This document shows, piece after piece, positions 36,694 to 44,923 of a stretch of DNA of 44,923 bases (position 1 is the first letter of the stretch; each line of letters begins with the position of its first letter). Source of the stretch: Patescibacteria group bacterium (GTDB taxonomy: Bacteria; Patescibacteriota; Minisyncoccia; Phycocordibacterales; Phycocordibacteraceae); contig SCVI01000037.1 in the NCBI GenBank assembly GCA_004296925.1, positions 1 to 44,923 on the forward strand, given 5' to 3'. The translations under genes and the position numbers were made by a program. The notes below the pieces were generated by a model. That model had not been told where the DNA came from. It saw nothing but the letters and a program-made list of their open reading frames with translations, and made no database searches.

Positions 36694-38247
36694 TTACACC
36701 GTTTTAGTTTCTGGAGTTTTTTTGCGACGTAGTTTTGGTGTAACCCAAAATCCGAGATATCGTCCCGTCATCAAACGTGCTTGCGCTTCAAGTCCAGGAA
36801 TCGCACTAAAAAAGACCATGGTAAATGGGACAAGGATCCACTGCGCAAACATCATGACCGCTCGTGAACGCGAACGATTTTCAGGACGACGAGGAACTAA
36901 GTTTGTGCAAAACACCGCGCTCACTATTAAACCGAGCATTGCGATGGCAAGAAACCATCTCGCTACTATTGGAAGGTTGTATGACAACACCGACGTATTA
37001 AAGGTATGCCCCCCAATAAAAAGCGGTAGCCATCCGAACGCAAACAAAATCAATGGATGTGTCGCTAGTGACCAGAATCCTTCAACTTGCACCCATAACG
37101 TGCCTATTTTTTTACTGAGAGAAATTTTACTATTTTTCCAAAAATTAAAAACAATGTATGCAATATTTTCAGCGCCGTATCCCCAACGACGATGCTGTTT
37201 ATAAAGATTTTTCACTGTACCAAAAAAACTTGGAGCTGCGTTAGCATCCATCGATACTGGATACGTTATAGGCACTACCGTGTAATCCCCATCGTAGAAC
37301 ATAAATAAATTCCAGTAGATACGAGAATCTTCTGATACCACATTTGGCTGCCAGTATCCCGCCTCTTCAAGTGTCGCTAAAGAAACCGCATGAGAAGAGA
37401 ACGTGGCAAGACGTTCTGGTCTTTCTTGTAGAATCATTTGCCAGAATGTCGACGAGTACGCGAGTACCCGTGAAAGCATTGGAGCATCCCATATATTGTT
37501 GTTATAAAGAGGAATAGGTTGGAACGAAGAACGAAGTGGCCTTTCTGCAGTCAAGAAATGCCATGTGAGACAAGCAAAATAATCAGGATATACGACAGTA
37601 TCAATATCGAACGCTGAAACTATTACCTTTTCAAGTGGAATGCCTAAACGATCGGCAATATCTTTTTTTGCTGATTTTGCAGCATATGAAATGTTTGATC
37701 CCTTCCCTGGAATTTCTCCCTCTACACCATATGGATGTACTGTCACCAAGAAATCTAAAAAATCTCCACCAAATTCTGCTTTAGCTTTTTCAGCAAGCAG
37801 TCGCGCCTCATCCCCTCTCTCTTCTTCTGCCGCAAGCACAATAGCAATTTGCTTCAGAGGAAATCTGGAGGCCTGCACCGCCTTTATACTTTCTGCAATA
37901 ACTTCATACGGCTCGTTGTAGAAAGGAAATACCACAAAGTGAACGAGATCATCGTATTTCATATGTTCGAGTCGTAGGAGCCAATCGGTTTCCATCGAAC
38001 GACGTAAACGAATATAGTTGTATCGCAAATGAACCGACAGAAAAATAGTTTTAAAAAGCCAATAACTCGAAAATAGTATAGTTATGTACGCAGCAATAGC
38101 TGGGTTCCAAATAGAAAGCGCAACAAAACCAATTAAAGTTCCAAACGAAAGTGCCCCAGGAAGAATCTCCAAAAAACGATATACAGCCCTATTTAGACCG
38201 CTAAGTTCTGTTGCTCTGCCTACGTGTAAATATGGGTGATTATTCAT
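36694..38247 (-). CDS. Membrane glycosyltransferase, family 2 (processive type)
   Basis: PFYNEP, GKGSN, FDID, SEDS, KQHRRWGYG (QxxRW); several TM helices. Confidence 0.88.
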   Translation of the reverse strand: MNNHPYLHVGRATELSGLNRAVYRFLEILPGALSFGTLIGFVALSIWNPAIAAYITILFSSYWLFKTIFLSVHLRYNYIRLRRSMETDWLLRLEHMKYDDLVHFVVFPFYNEPYEVIAESIKAVQASRFPLKQIAIVLAAEEERGDEARLLAEKAKAEFGGDFLDFLVTVHPYGVEGEIPGKGSNISYAAKSAKKDIADRLGIPLEKVIVSAFDIDTVVYPDYFACLTWHFLTAERPLRSSFQPIPLYNNNIWDAPMLSRVLAYSSTFWQMILQERPERLATFSSHAVSLATLEEAGYWQPNVVSEDSRIYWNLFMFYDGDYTVVPITYPVSMDANAAPSFFGTVKNLYKQHRRWGYGAENIAYIVFNFWKNSKISLSKKIGTLWVQVEGFWSLATHPLILFAFGWLPLFIGGHTFNTSVLSYNLPIVARWFLAIAMLGLIVSAVFCTNLVPRRPENRSRSRAVMMFAQWILVPFTMVFFSAIPGLEAQARLMTGRYLGFWVTPKLRRKKTPETKTV

Positions 38248-38261
38248 GAAATCTTTCTGGC

Positions 38262-39224
38262 TTAATGTCTGAATGCGCGTGTACCCGTGTAGACCATCGC
38301 AACTCCGGCTTCATCACATGCATCTACCGACTCCTGGTCGCGTACCGATCCACCGGGCTGAATTATTGCTCCAACACCAGCTTGAAGTAACACATCGGTT
38401 GCGTCACGGAATGGAAAGAAGGCGTCAGATGCTGCGACAGCATCCTTCATTCTTTCTCCTGCTTTAAGTACACACAGTTCCGCACATCGCTTGCGATCTT
38501 GTTGTCCAACTCCTGAAGCAATCAGTGTTTTATTTTTTACCGCAACTACCGTATTTGATTTCGAACTCCTACATAGTGCCCACGCAAAAAGTAGATCCTC
38601 AATCTCAGCGCTTGTTGGCTCTCGTTTCGTTACTGAGCGAATAGAGTCGCTCGATACTTCTACAATGTCGGGAGTCATGGTGAGTATCCCGCCTCTTATT
38701 TTATGCATGTGAGTCGCTTGCGACAACGATGGATTGCTGAGAGCTGGATTTACCAACACTCGAATATTTGGTTTTTTCGCAAACTCAATCTTCGCTTCCT
38801 TCGTCACTGATGGCGCAAGTAATACTTCAAAAAAATTCTTGGTCATTTGTATTGCGAGAGATCCATCAACTTCTCTGTTCACTGCCATAATGCCTCCGAA
38901 TGCTGCTAAGGGATCGCCTTCATACCATGAAGCCGTATATGCATCTGTAAGAGATTCTCTGAGAGCCGCACCACAAGGATTCGTGTGTTTTACTATCACA
39001 CATCCCGCTTCTTTCCCTCCTAGATGCGAAAGCGCAAATAAGGCACCGTCCATGTCGAGATAATTGTTGTATGAAAGCTCCTTTCCTTGGAGCATTTCAA
39101 AATTTTGTATTGCAAGAGGATCTTGCTCTTCATCCTCTATCTCACTAAACCAACCCTCTTGGTGAGGGTTTTCTCCGTAACGGAGTTTAGTACTTTTTTT
39201 AAATCTGAAAAAATCTGAATTCAT
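38262..39224 (-). CDS. purH: AICAR transformylase (PurH C-terminal domain only)
   Basis: LRYGENPHQ, GKELSYNNYLD, KHTNPCG, AFGG, KSN, GVGQ, ASDAFFPFRD, IIQPGGSVRD, RAFRH; no N-terminal IMP cyclohydrolase domain. Confidence 0.9.
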   Translation of the reverse strand: MNSDFFRFKKSTKLRYGENPHQEGWFSEIEDEEQDPLAIQNFEMLQGKELSYNNYLDMDGALFALSHLGGKEAGCVIVKHTNPCGAALRESLTDAYTASWYEGDPLAAFGGIMAVNREVDGSLAIQMTKNFFEVLLAPSVTKEAKIEFAKKPNIRVLVNPALSNPSLSQATHMHKIRGGILTMTPDIVEVSSDSIRSVTKREPTSAEIEDLLFAWALCRSSKSNTVVAVKNKTLIASGVGQQDRKRCAELCVLKAGERMKDAVAASDAFFPFRDATDVLLQAGVGAIIQPGGSVRDQESVDACDEAGVAMVYTGTRAFRH

Positions 39225-39242
39225 TTAAATAGTATACCTTTC

Positions 39243-39318
39243 TGGAGCCGCCTCTCGGGCTTGAACCGAGGACCTACGGTTTACAAAACCGTTGCTCTAC
39301 CAACTGAGCTAAGGCGGC
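39243..39318 (-). tRNA. tRNA-Thr(UGU) with encoded CCA
   Basis: GCCGCCTTAGCTCAGTTGGTAGAGCAACGGTTTTGTAAACCGTAGGTCCTCGGTTCAAGCCCGAGAGGCGGCTCCA; full cloverleaf, anticodon TGT. Confidence 0.97.
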
Positions 39319-39572
39319 AAAATTCCTATAAAACCATTCTGAATGATTTTCTCAATATAATCACGTCTTTTGAGCTTTTTCAAACGTCTTTCAATATATC
39401 GAGCTTCTGCAAGTGTTACATATTTTTGAGAAAATACGAGGGCCCCAAAACCAAGTCTTTTTGTAGTGAGTGTATGACCGCTACGATGATGCTGTAATCT
39501 TGCTTCTAAATTGCCAGTACTGCCAATATAGTACTTGCCAGAGTTCGTTTTTAGAATATAAACGAAAGCCAT
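39309..39572 (-). CDS. Small GIY-YIG nuclease (UPF0213/YhbQ-like)
   Basis: FVYIL…KYYIGST.NLEARL..H.SG…EA..IE..LKKLK. Confidence 0.88.
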   Translation of the reverse strand: MAFVYILKTNSGKYYIGSTGNLEARLQHHRSGHTLTTKRLGFGALVFSQKYVTLAEARYIERRLKKLKRRDYIEKIIQNGFIGILPP

Positions 39573-39582
39573 AAAGAGACTA

Positions 39583-39626
39583 TTCCGACGCCCTTAAGGG
39601 GTCGGAACCCCGACTTACCGTCGGGG
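39583..39626. repeat. GC-rich tandem double hairpin (REP-like)
   Basis: TTCCGAC-G-CCC-TTAA-GGG-GTCGGAA followed directly by CCCCGAC-TTACC-GTCGGGG; both share a CCGAC/GTCGG stem. Confidence 0.75.
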
Positions 39627-40046
39627 CTATACCGATTTTTCTGAAGAGTTGCTATCCCTCGTCAAGACAGGTTCTACTTGCTTCTTTTTGCGCGGCACAA
39701 TCGTGCGCAAAAACGAGGAAACCTCCTTACCTTTTGGTTGCGGTACTGCCATACGCATACGGTAGGACAATCTGGTAAGTGGTCTTTCAATGGAACGCAA
39801 TCCAGCAACCAACAATAACACTACTTCATGAATACCCTTTTGCAAGAACACTATGAAGGCAGTTCTATATCGATACGGCACGTTACCAGTAATAGCGCGA
39901 TGATACATATCGGTAACAACATGATCTGCATGCTCGCGTTTAAGCGCCCACAAGCGGTGACCACGCTTTTCTTCCCAAAGTCTAAACACAATGAACCCAG
40001 TAAGAAGGGTCGAAGAGAGAAGAAATAGTGACACTGAAAATATCAT
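39627..40046 (-). CDS. Hypothetical membrane protein
   Basis: 139-aa ORF with N-terminal TM; start abuts the tsf stop. Confidence 0.7.
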   Translation of the reverse strand: MIFSVSLFLLSSTLLTGFIVFRLWEEKRGHRLWALKREHADHVVTDMYHRAITGNVPYRYRTAFIVFLQKGIHEVVLLLVAGLRSIERPLTRLSYRMRMAVPQPKGKEVSSFLRTIVPRKKKQVEPVLTRDSNSSEKSV

Positions 40047-40631
40047 TTACTTTGATGATAGGCGGACAAATCGCTCAACTTCTACACGCTCACCAAACTT
40101 ATGTACCGCTCCGTCTATTAAATCTTGTACTGATTTTTCAGGATCTTTAATGTAATCCTGCTCTAAAAGTACAATACCTTTCAAGTACGCGTCTACCTTT
40201 CCTGAAAGAATTTGTTCCTTAAGATTCTCCGGTTTTCCTTCAACCTCCTTTGCAAACAAACCTTTAATTTCTTCCATCTTTTCTGCTGGAACTTCATCAC
40301 GACGCACGTACAAAGGATTCGATGCTGCTACTTGGAGTGCGATGTCACGTGCAAGTGCTACAAACTCTTCATTCTTTGCAACAAAATCTGTTTCAGATCG
40401 AAGTACCACCATAGAACCAATATCTTGACTCGCGTGAACGTATGACGAAACAACACCAGCACCGAGTTCACGACCTGCTTTTTTAGCCGCCATAGAACCG
40501 CGTTTTTTGGAAAGAATAAGAAGTGCTTTTGCTGTATCCCCATCCGCTTCTTCAAGTGCCATCTTGCATTGCATTACAGAAATGCCTGTTTGCTCACGAA
40601 GGGCCTTCACCATGTCTGCTGTAATATTCAT
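40047..40631 (-). CDS. tsf: Elongation factor Ts, short form
   Basis: VKALREQTG..VMQCKMAL, ETDFVAKN, LLEQDYIKDP, ERFVR; follows rpsB. Confidence 0.95.
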   Translation of the reverse strand: MNITADMVKALREQTGISVMQCKMALEEADGDTAKALLILSKKRGSMAAKKAGRELGAGVVSSYVHASQDIGSMVVLRSETDFVAKNEEFVALARDIALQVAASNPLYVRRDEVPAEKMEEIKGLFAKEVEGKPENLKEQILSGKVDAYLKGIVLLEQDYIKDPEKSVQDLIDGAVHKFGERVEVERFVRLSSK

Positions 40632-40690
40632 ATTTTTAGAAAATCAATTACAACTATAAATAATTAACGCACGCTCTTCTTTAAAGAGCG

Positions 40691-41425
40691 TTAGACTTTC
40701 TTCTCTTCAGGTTCAGGAGTTGCTACACGACCTGCTGCTCCTTCGCGATAGGCTTCAACAATTCGATCGAGGAAGAAAGTAACACTTTCCTTTGATGCGT
40801 CATTTCCTACCACTGGATACGAAGCGAGAGAAAGATCGCAATCAGAATTCATTATTCCTACAATAGGAATATTGAGAGTTTTTGCTTCTGCAACCGCGAT
40901 ATCTTCGTGACGAGTGTCAATCACAATTAATGCATCTGGGAGTTTCTCTAAGCTAGAGATACCAAGAAAATTTGTTTCGAGACGTGCAATTTCGCGATCG
41001 AAAAGAACACGTTCTTTTTTTGTATATTTTTTTGCAGAAGCACCAGTGTCTCTCTCTTCAGTAAGCTCTTGCATGCGCTTGACGCGTTTTTTGATTTGAG
41101 AAAAGTTTGTGAGTGTGCCGCCAATCCATCGTCCAATAACATACGGCATATCAATCTCACTTGCTGCATTTTTGAGTAATCCTTCCATTTCTGGCTTACC
41201 TGATACAAAAATGACACGTTTACCTTCAGCACCAAGACCACGCACAAAAAGAAGTGCGCGCTCAAGCATGGGTGCGGTTTGTGTAAGGTCTATGATGTCG
41301 GTTCTGTTTTTAGACCCATATACAAGAGACTTCATAGTCGCATGTCTACGGGAACGAGAAAAACCAAAATGCGCACCTACCTTAAATAGGGCGTCAACGA
41401 GCGTATTTGTTTGATTGTCTGACAT
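40691..41425 (-). CDS. rpsB: 30S ribosomal protein S2
   Basis: GAHFG, IIDL, RWIGGTLTNF, LPDALIVID, AVAEA, GND; start ATG placed at 41425. Confidence 0.96.
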   Translation of the reverse strand: MSDNQTNTLVDALFKVGAHFGFSRSRRHATMKSLVYGSKNRTDIIDLTQTAPMLERALLFVRGLGAEGKRVIFVSGKPEMEGLLKNAASEIDMPYVIGRWIGGTLTNFSQIKKRVKRMQELTEERDTGASAKKYTKKERVLFDREIARLETNFLGISSLEKLPDALIVIDTRHEDIAVAEAKTLNIPIVGIMNSDCDLSLASYPVVGNDASKESVTFFLDRIVEAYREGAAGRVATPEPEEKKV

Positions 41426-41531
41426 GCTCGCTATCCTAACACACGAAAAACGGCTAAGCAACGAGGGTTAGAGTCTAAAATATGTCTTTTCGGCGAATTT
41501 TAAAATTCTCCACCCATTTCCCTTTTTCCAC

Positions 41532-42479
41532 TTACTCCGCAGCACTTTCAAGTTCCGTAACTTTGACCCGAAGCGTTTCAACAATACCTTCTAAGTTACC
41601 TTCCATAATTGAAGGAATATTGTGCCACGACTCTTTAATTCTATGATCCGAGACTCTGTCTTGCGTAAAATTATATGTACGAATTTTTTCAGATCTATCG
41701 CCTGTCCCAATTTGCGCTTTCCTGTTTGCGGCATGCGCAGCAGCCGCTTTCTCTTCCTCGTACGTTTCAAGTTTTGCAGCAAGAATTTGCATTGCTTTAT
41801 CACGGTTTGCTTTTTGACTCCTCTCAGACTGACAACGAACTTCGAGACCTGTGGGGGTATGAATTAAACGGACCGCGGTTTCAACTTTGTTGACGTTTTG
41901 ACCTCCTGCACCGCCAGATCGAGAAAACTCTATTTCCAAATCTCCAGGATTTAGTTCAAATTTAGGAAATTTTCGAATCGGAAGAATGGCAACTGATGCG
42001 GTAGAGGTATGAATTCTTCCTGACTTTTCAGTAATTGGGATTCTCTGAACTCGATGCACCCCCGTTTCATAACGAAGCGCTTCATAGACGCCCTTTCCTT
42101 TTATTTCAATTGAAGCAAGACCTAAATCAAGTAACTTTACTTCCCATCCTCGTTTTTCAGCATATCGTTGATACATACGTGCAAGCTCTGTTGCAAAAAG
42201 TGCCGACTCATCACCTCCAGCGCCGGCCCTAAACTCCATCACAATAGATACGGGAGACCCTTCTTCTGCCACAGAAGGAGCAAGAATGTCTTGCATTTGA
42301 GTAAGGAGTGTTTCTTGCTGTATTACTAAGCTTTTCAATTCATCTTCAGCAAGCTCCTTCATAGAAGGATCGGCTTCTGCAAGCGCCTTGACACGCTCCA
42401 TGTCTCCTGCGACACGGTCATACTCTGCTGCCATGTATGCAGTTTTTGGATTTGTTCGAAATGCTTGTATGTCATCCAT
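41532..42479 (-). CDS. prfA: Peptide chain release factor 1
   Basis: [21 protein letters not shown] (PxT specificity motif), [24 protein letters not shown]. Confidence 0.95.
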   Translation of the reverse strand: MDDIQAFRTNPKTAYMAAEYDRVAGDMERVKALAEADPSMKELAEDELKSLVIQQETLLTQMQDILAPSVAEEGSPVSIVMEFRAGAGGDESALFATELARMYQRYAEKRGWEVKLLDLGLASIEIKGKGVYEALRYETGVHRVQRIPITEKSGRIHTSTASVAILPIRKFPKFELNPGDLEIEFSRSGGAGGQNVNKVETAVRLIHTPTGLEVRCQSERSQKANRDKAMQILAAKLETYEEEKAAAAHAANRKAQIGTGDRSEKIRTYNFTQDRVSDHRIKESWHNIPSIMEGNLEGIVETLRVKVTELESAAE

Positions 42480-42542
42480 ATCGTCCTCAGTGCAACACCA
42501 AGAAAAAGAGGAGGTGTTGTCCTCCCCTATTCTACCGTGTAT

Positions 42543-42800
42543 CTATTTCTTAGAAGCTCGAGCTGCGCTTCGTTTCTTGAATCTATCGACACGTCCTGCA
42601 CGGTCAAGTGTTGTTTGATTGCCTGTGTAGAACGGGTGCGAATCACTTGAAATTTCAACTATATAGAGCGGGTATGTAACACCATCAAGTTCAACGGTCT
42701 GATCAGTCGCTACGGTTGAACCAATGATGAATTGAGCATTGCTACTCGCGTCCTGGAACACAACCGGACGGTAATTTTGTGGGTGTATATCGTTCTTCAT
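42543..42800 (-). CDS. rpmE: 50S ribosomal protein L31 type B
   Basis: [16 protein letters not shown]…YP…[12 protein letters not shown]…GRVDRF; no Cys. Confidence 0.95.
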   Translation of the reverse strand: MKNDIHPQNYRPVVFQDASSNAQFIIGSTVATDQTVELDGVTYPLYIVEISSDSHPFYTGNQTTLDRAGRVDRFKKRSAARASKK

Positions 42801-42865
42801 GAGTTAGAGACTATACCATTTAGGCTGTTTTATTGCAAAACAGTACGGTACGAAATAAGAATGCT

Positions 42866-44923
42866 TTAAATTTCTCTGTATCCTGGAAGCACGCGGACTG
42901 TCGTTGAAACAGATGGGTTGAAAGAACCCGCAATACACGAAAATGTGTAGGTGCTCTCGCCGCTCACTGTTACTGATTGAACTCCTGATTTCAGAGATGA
43001 CGAAATACCAGGGCCCGATATGCTGCAGGCATCTACTGCGCCAGCAACCGACCATGTAATTGTGGTTCTGTCGCCCGTACGAACGAGAGCTGGTGTTGCG
43101 CGAAGTGAGAGTGTTGGTGCAACCACAGACACTGTAGCCGAACTGTATGCGTTATTACCGGCCGCGTCACGACACGTTAGGGTGTAGAACGTCGTACTAA
43201 GCGGACTTACAGTAGTAGTGCCTGATGTACGATCACCAGTAGCAAATCCTCCTCCTGTGCATGACGTAGCATTTGCAGAAATCCATGAAAGCGTTGCTGA
43301 AGTACCACGGACAATTGTTGAAGGGAATGCTGTAAGTAATGCTGATACCCCTCCTGAGGTAGGTGGCGTGGGTGGAGTAGGTGGCGTAGGTGGGGTAGGT
43401 GGCGTGGGTGGAGTTACACATGAAGCTCCGGAACAAACATTGGTAGTACATTGAGCAGTTACAGTTGCAGCCGAGGATCCAGTACCAGTCGTGGTAGTAG
43501 TTCCTCCAGGAATCGTTGTAGTAGTTGTAGTGTTAGTTGTATTTGTGTTAGCTGTTCCAAATCCTGCAAAGAAATTGTAGTTCGTTTGATTACTTCCACC
43601 TCCGCCAGAACTATAAGAATCTTTTCTCACAAGCGAAGCTCCGGTATATGCATCGTAGAAGTAGAAAGTGTTTATAGGTTGTCCTGTTGGACTAACTTTT
43701 TCACGGACTTCAACATTACAACAGCCTCCCGCAGGAGTAATTTCATTACATTCTGCAACTAAACCTCCAATTCCTTCAGTAAAACCAACGCCGTCTTGCG
43801 TATCACCGGAACTACCAACTTTAGTACCACCAGAGCACTGCATTGCTCCTTGGAGTGCTACTGATACACCATTAGTAGTGGTGTTCGGAGTGTTGGTAGT
43901 GGTAGTGGTTGGATTACTCGTAGTAGTCGTATTAGATACCGAGGTATCGGTAACCACAACTGAAGCTGTTTTTATACCTTGCGAAGAGTACGACTTCGAT
44001 ACGGAAGCGCTCGTACCTGACAATCCTTCGGTTCCACTCCATGAATAAGTGTAATTTCCTGATCCGCCAGATGGATTCACTGTCCAAGTCACCGAAGAGC
44101 CGGGCGCCGGTGTTAATGATGAAGGCGCACACGATGCTGAAAGAGTTGGCGAAGTAACATACACCGTCGTATACGCAGAAGCAGTAGGCGCTGGTGATGT
44201 TGGTGGAGGTGTTGTTCCGTCGCTGCAGTTATACAGATCGGTTCTAATAGTGCAATCAACAATTTTGTTTACTTTACACACATTGGTGCTGGTGCTACAT
44301 GTCTTGCCTTCTGGATTTACCGGACAGTTTGGTACTGAGGAATATGCTTTATTGGGATCAGTTACAGGACATGCGAAGTCACTAATGTCAGACTCTCTAT
44401 ATTGCCATGTACCCGACGTAGCTGAAGCGACACACTCGTAGTTTGTGACATTTCCATATACGGTCCCTAGTCCGGAACAATCGTTTGGACCTTCAAAAGC
44501 GTGGCTTTTGCAAACAAGCCCTATTTGATTGGAAGTGCAACTGTTTCCTTGTGGAGGACTAATCCCTGCAACATCCTCACAAACAGGTTTTTGTATGTTG
44601 ACGGCATTGCTTCCACCTGTACAAATTTTGGTGTTGTAGGGATCGCCTTTTTGTTGCCACGTGCCAGCGCTGGATGATGTGACGGAAGAATTTGCACCAC
44701 TGCAGGTAATGGAATAGTTGGTAGTGCTGTTTAAGGGTCCCGTAGAAACGGAACCTGACGTACTGCCGGAAGTTTCAAAGCCTGTTCCCTCGCATGAAAC
44801 GGCGTTAGTTGAGGCCCATGTAAGTGTCGATGATTGATTGGACCGTATACTCTCCGGATTTGCGGTCAATGTAACAGTCGGCGCCGGAGGCGGATTCACC
44901 GTGAGCGTTGCCGAAGCTGTCGC
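42866..44923 (-). CDS. Partial (5'-truncated) large Thr/Ser/Cys-rich surface protein with Ig/PKD-like domains
   Basis: Frame stays open to the window edge (ATASATLTVNPPP…); TLTW.STNA.SC.G.GF and YTYSWSG PKD-like motifs. Confidence 0.85.
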   Translation of the reverse strand, partial: ATASATLTVNPPPAPTVTLTANPESIRSNQSSTLTWASTNAVSCEGTGFETSGSTSGSVSTGPLNSTTNYSITCSGANSSVTSSSAGTWQQKGDPYNTKICTGGSNAVNIQKPVCEDVAGISPPQGNSCTSNQIGLVCKSHAFEGPNDCSGLGTVYGNVTNYECVASATSGTWQYRESDISDFACPVTDPNKAYSSVPNCPVNPEGKTCSTSTNVCKVNKIVDCTIRTDLYNCSDGTTPPPTSPAPTASAYTTVYVTSPTLSASCAPSSLTPAPGSSVTWTVNPSGGSGNYTYSWSGTEGLSGTSASVSKSYSSQGIKTASVVVTDTSVSNTTTTSNPTTTTTNTPNTTTNGVSVALQGAMQCSGGTKVGSSGDTQDGVGFTEGIGGLVAECNEITPAGGCCNVEVREKVSPTGQPINTFYFYDAYTGASLVRKDSYSSGGGGSNQTNYNFFAGFGTANTNTTNTTTTTTIPGGTTTTTGTGSSAATVTAQCTTNVCSGASCVTPPTPPTPPTPPTPPTPPTSGGVSALLTAFPSTIVRGTSATLSWISANATSCTGGGFATGDRTSGTTTVSPLSTTFYTLTCRDAAGNNAYSSATVSVVAPTLSLRATPALVRTGDRTTITWSVAGAVDACSISGPGISSSLKSGVQSVTVSGESTYTFSCIAGSFNPSVSTTVRVLPGYREI
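43358..43411 (-). repeat. 9-bp coding tandem repeat encoding (PPT)x6
   Basis: CCA-CCY-ACN x6. Confidence 0.9.

Noticed and set aside
39243..39318. tRNA-Thr as an att site for a prophage or integrative island
   Set aside because: No integrase, no duplicated tRNA 3' end seen, and the flanking genes are housekeeping
43358..43411. (PPT)6 repeat as a phase-variation switch
   Set aside because: The 9-bp unit keeps the frame and has synonymous variation; it is an ordinary linker
1..44923. Numerous 60-214 aa ORFs antisense to or overlapping identified genes (e.g. 8318..8962, 31310..31822, 36722..37204)
   Set aside because: Shadow frames of well-supported genes, with no motifs or expression signals of their own
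1..44923. Alternative genetic code (UGA=Gly, as in Gracilibacteria/Absconditabacteria)
   Set aside because: All conserved genes are uninterrupted under code 11, and TGA terminates trmD and rnhB at the expected C-termini

Overview
Bacterial chromosomal segment, standard genetic code, most consistent with a Patescibacteria/CPR (Parcubacteria-like) genome. The taxon is inferred from streamlined housekeeping proteins, a NusB-Nudix fusion, short SMC/PheRS/ThrS/EF-Ts, a Cys-less L32, type-B L31 and large Thr/Ser-rich surface proteins. Core genes: trmD, khpA, rpsP, rnr, smc, rnc, nusB, rpmF, rnhB, dnaE, thrS, gyrB, pheST, tsf, rpsB, prfA, rpmE, tRNA-Thr(UGU). Metabolic genes: zwf-gnd, malic enzyme-gdhA, purD and a transformylase-only purH. 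A cell-surface island spans about 20.8-28.3 kb. The strongest candidate for a new system is a sortase co-oriented with a 1094-aa protein made of eight two-Cys Ig-like repeats, an INTERNAL IPYTG sorting signal plus TM helix, and a cytoplasmic domain that by eye resembles the lid/collar of the clamp-loader subunit DnaX (needs HMM/structure confirmation). Other notable signals: a 25-bp covarying hairpin translated in the same frame inside both trmD and pheT; a perfect 46-bp palindrome; two unannotated zinc-finger microproteins; a GIY-YIG gene flanked by a double hairpin and overlapping a tRNA; and -10 boxes 6-10 nt before many start codons, suggesting leaderless mRNAs. All calls come from reading the sequence; no searches were run.
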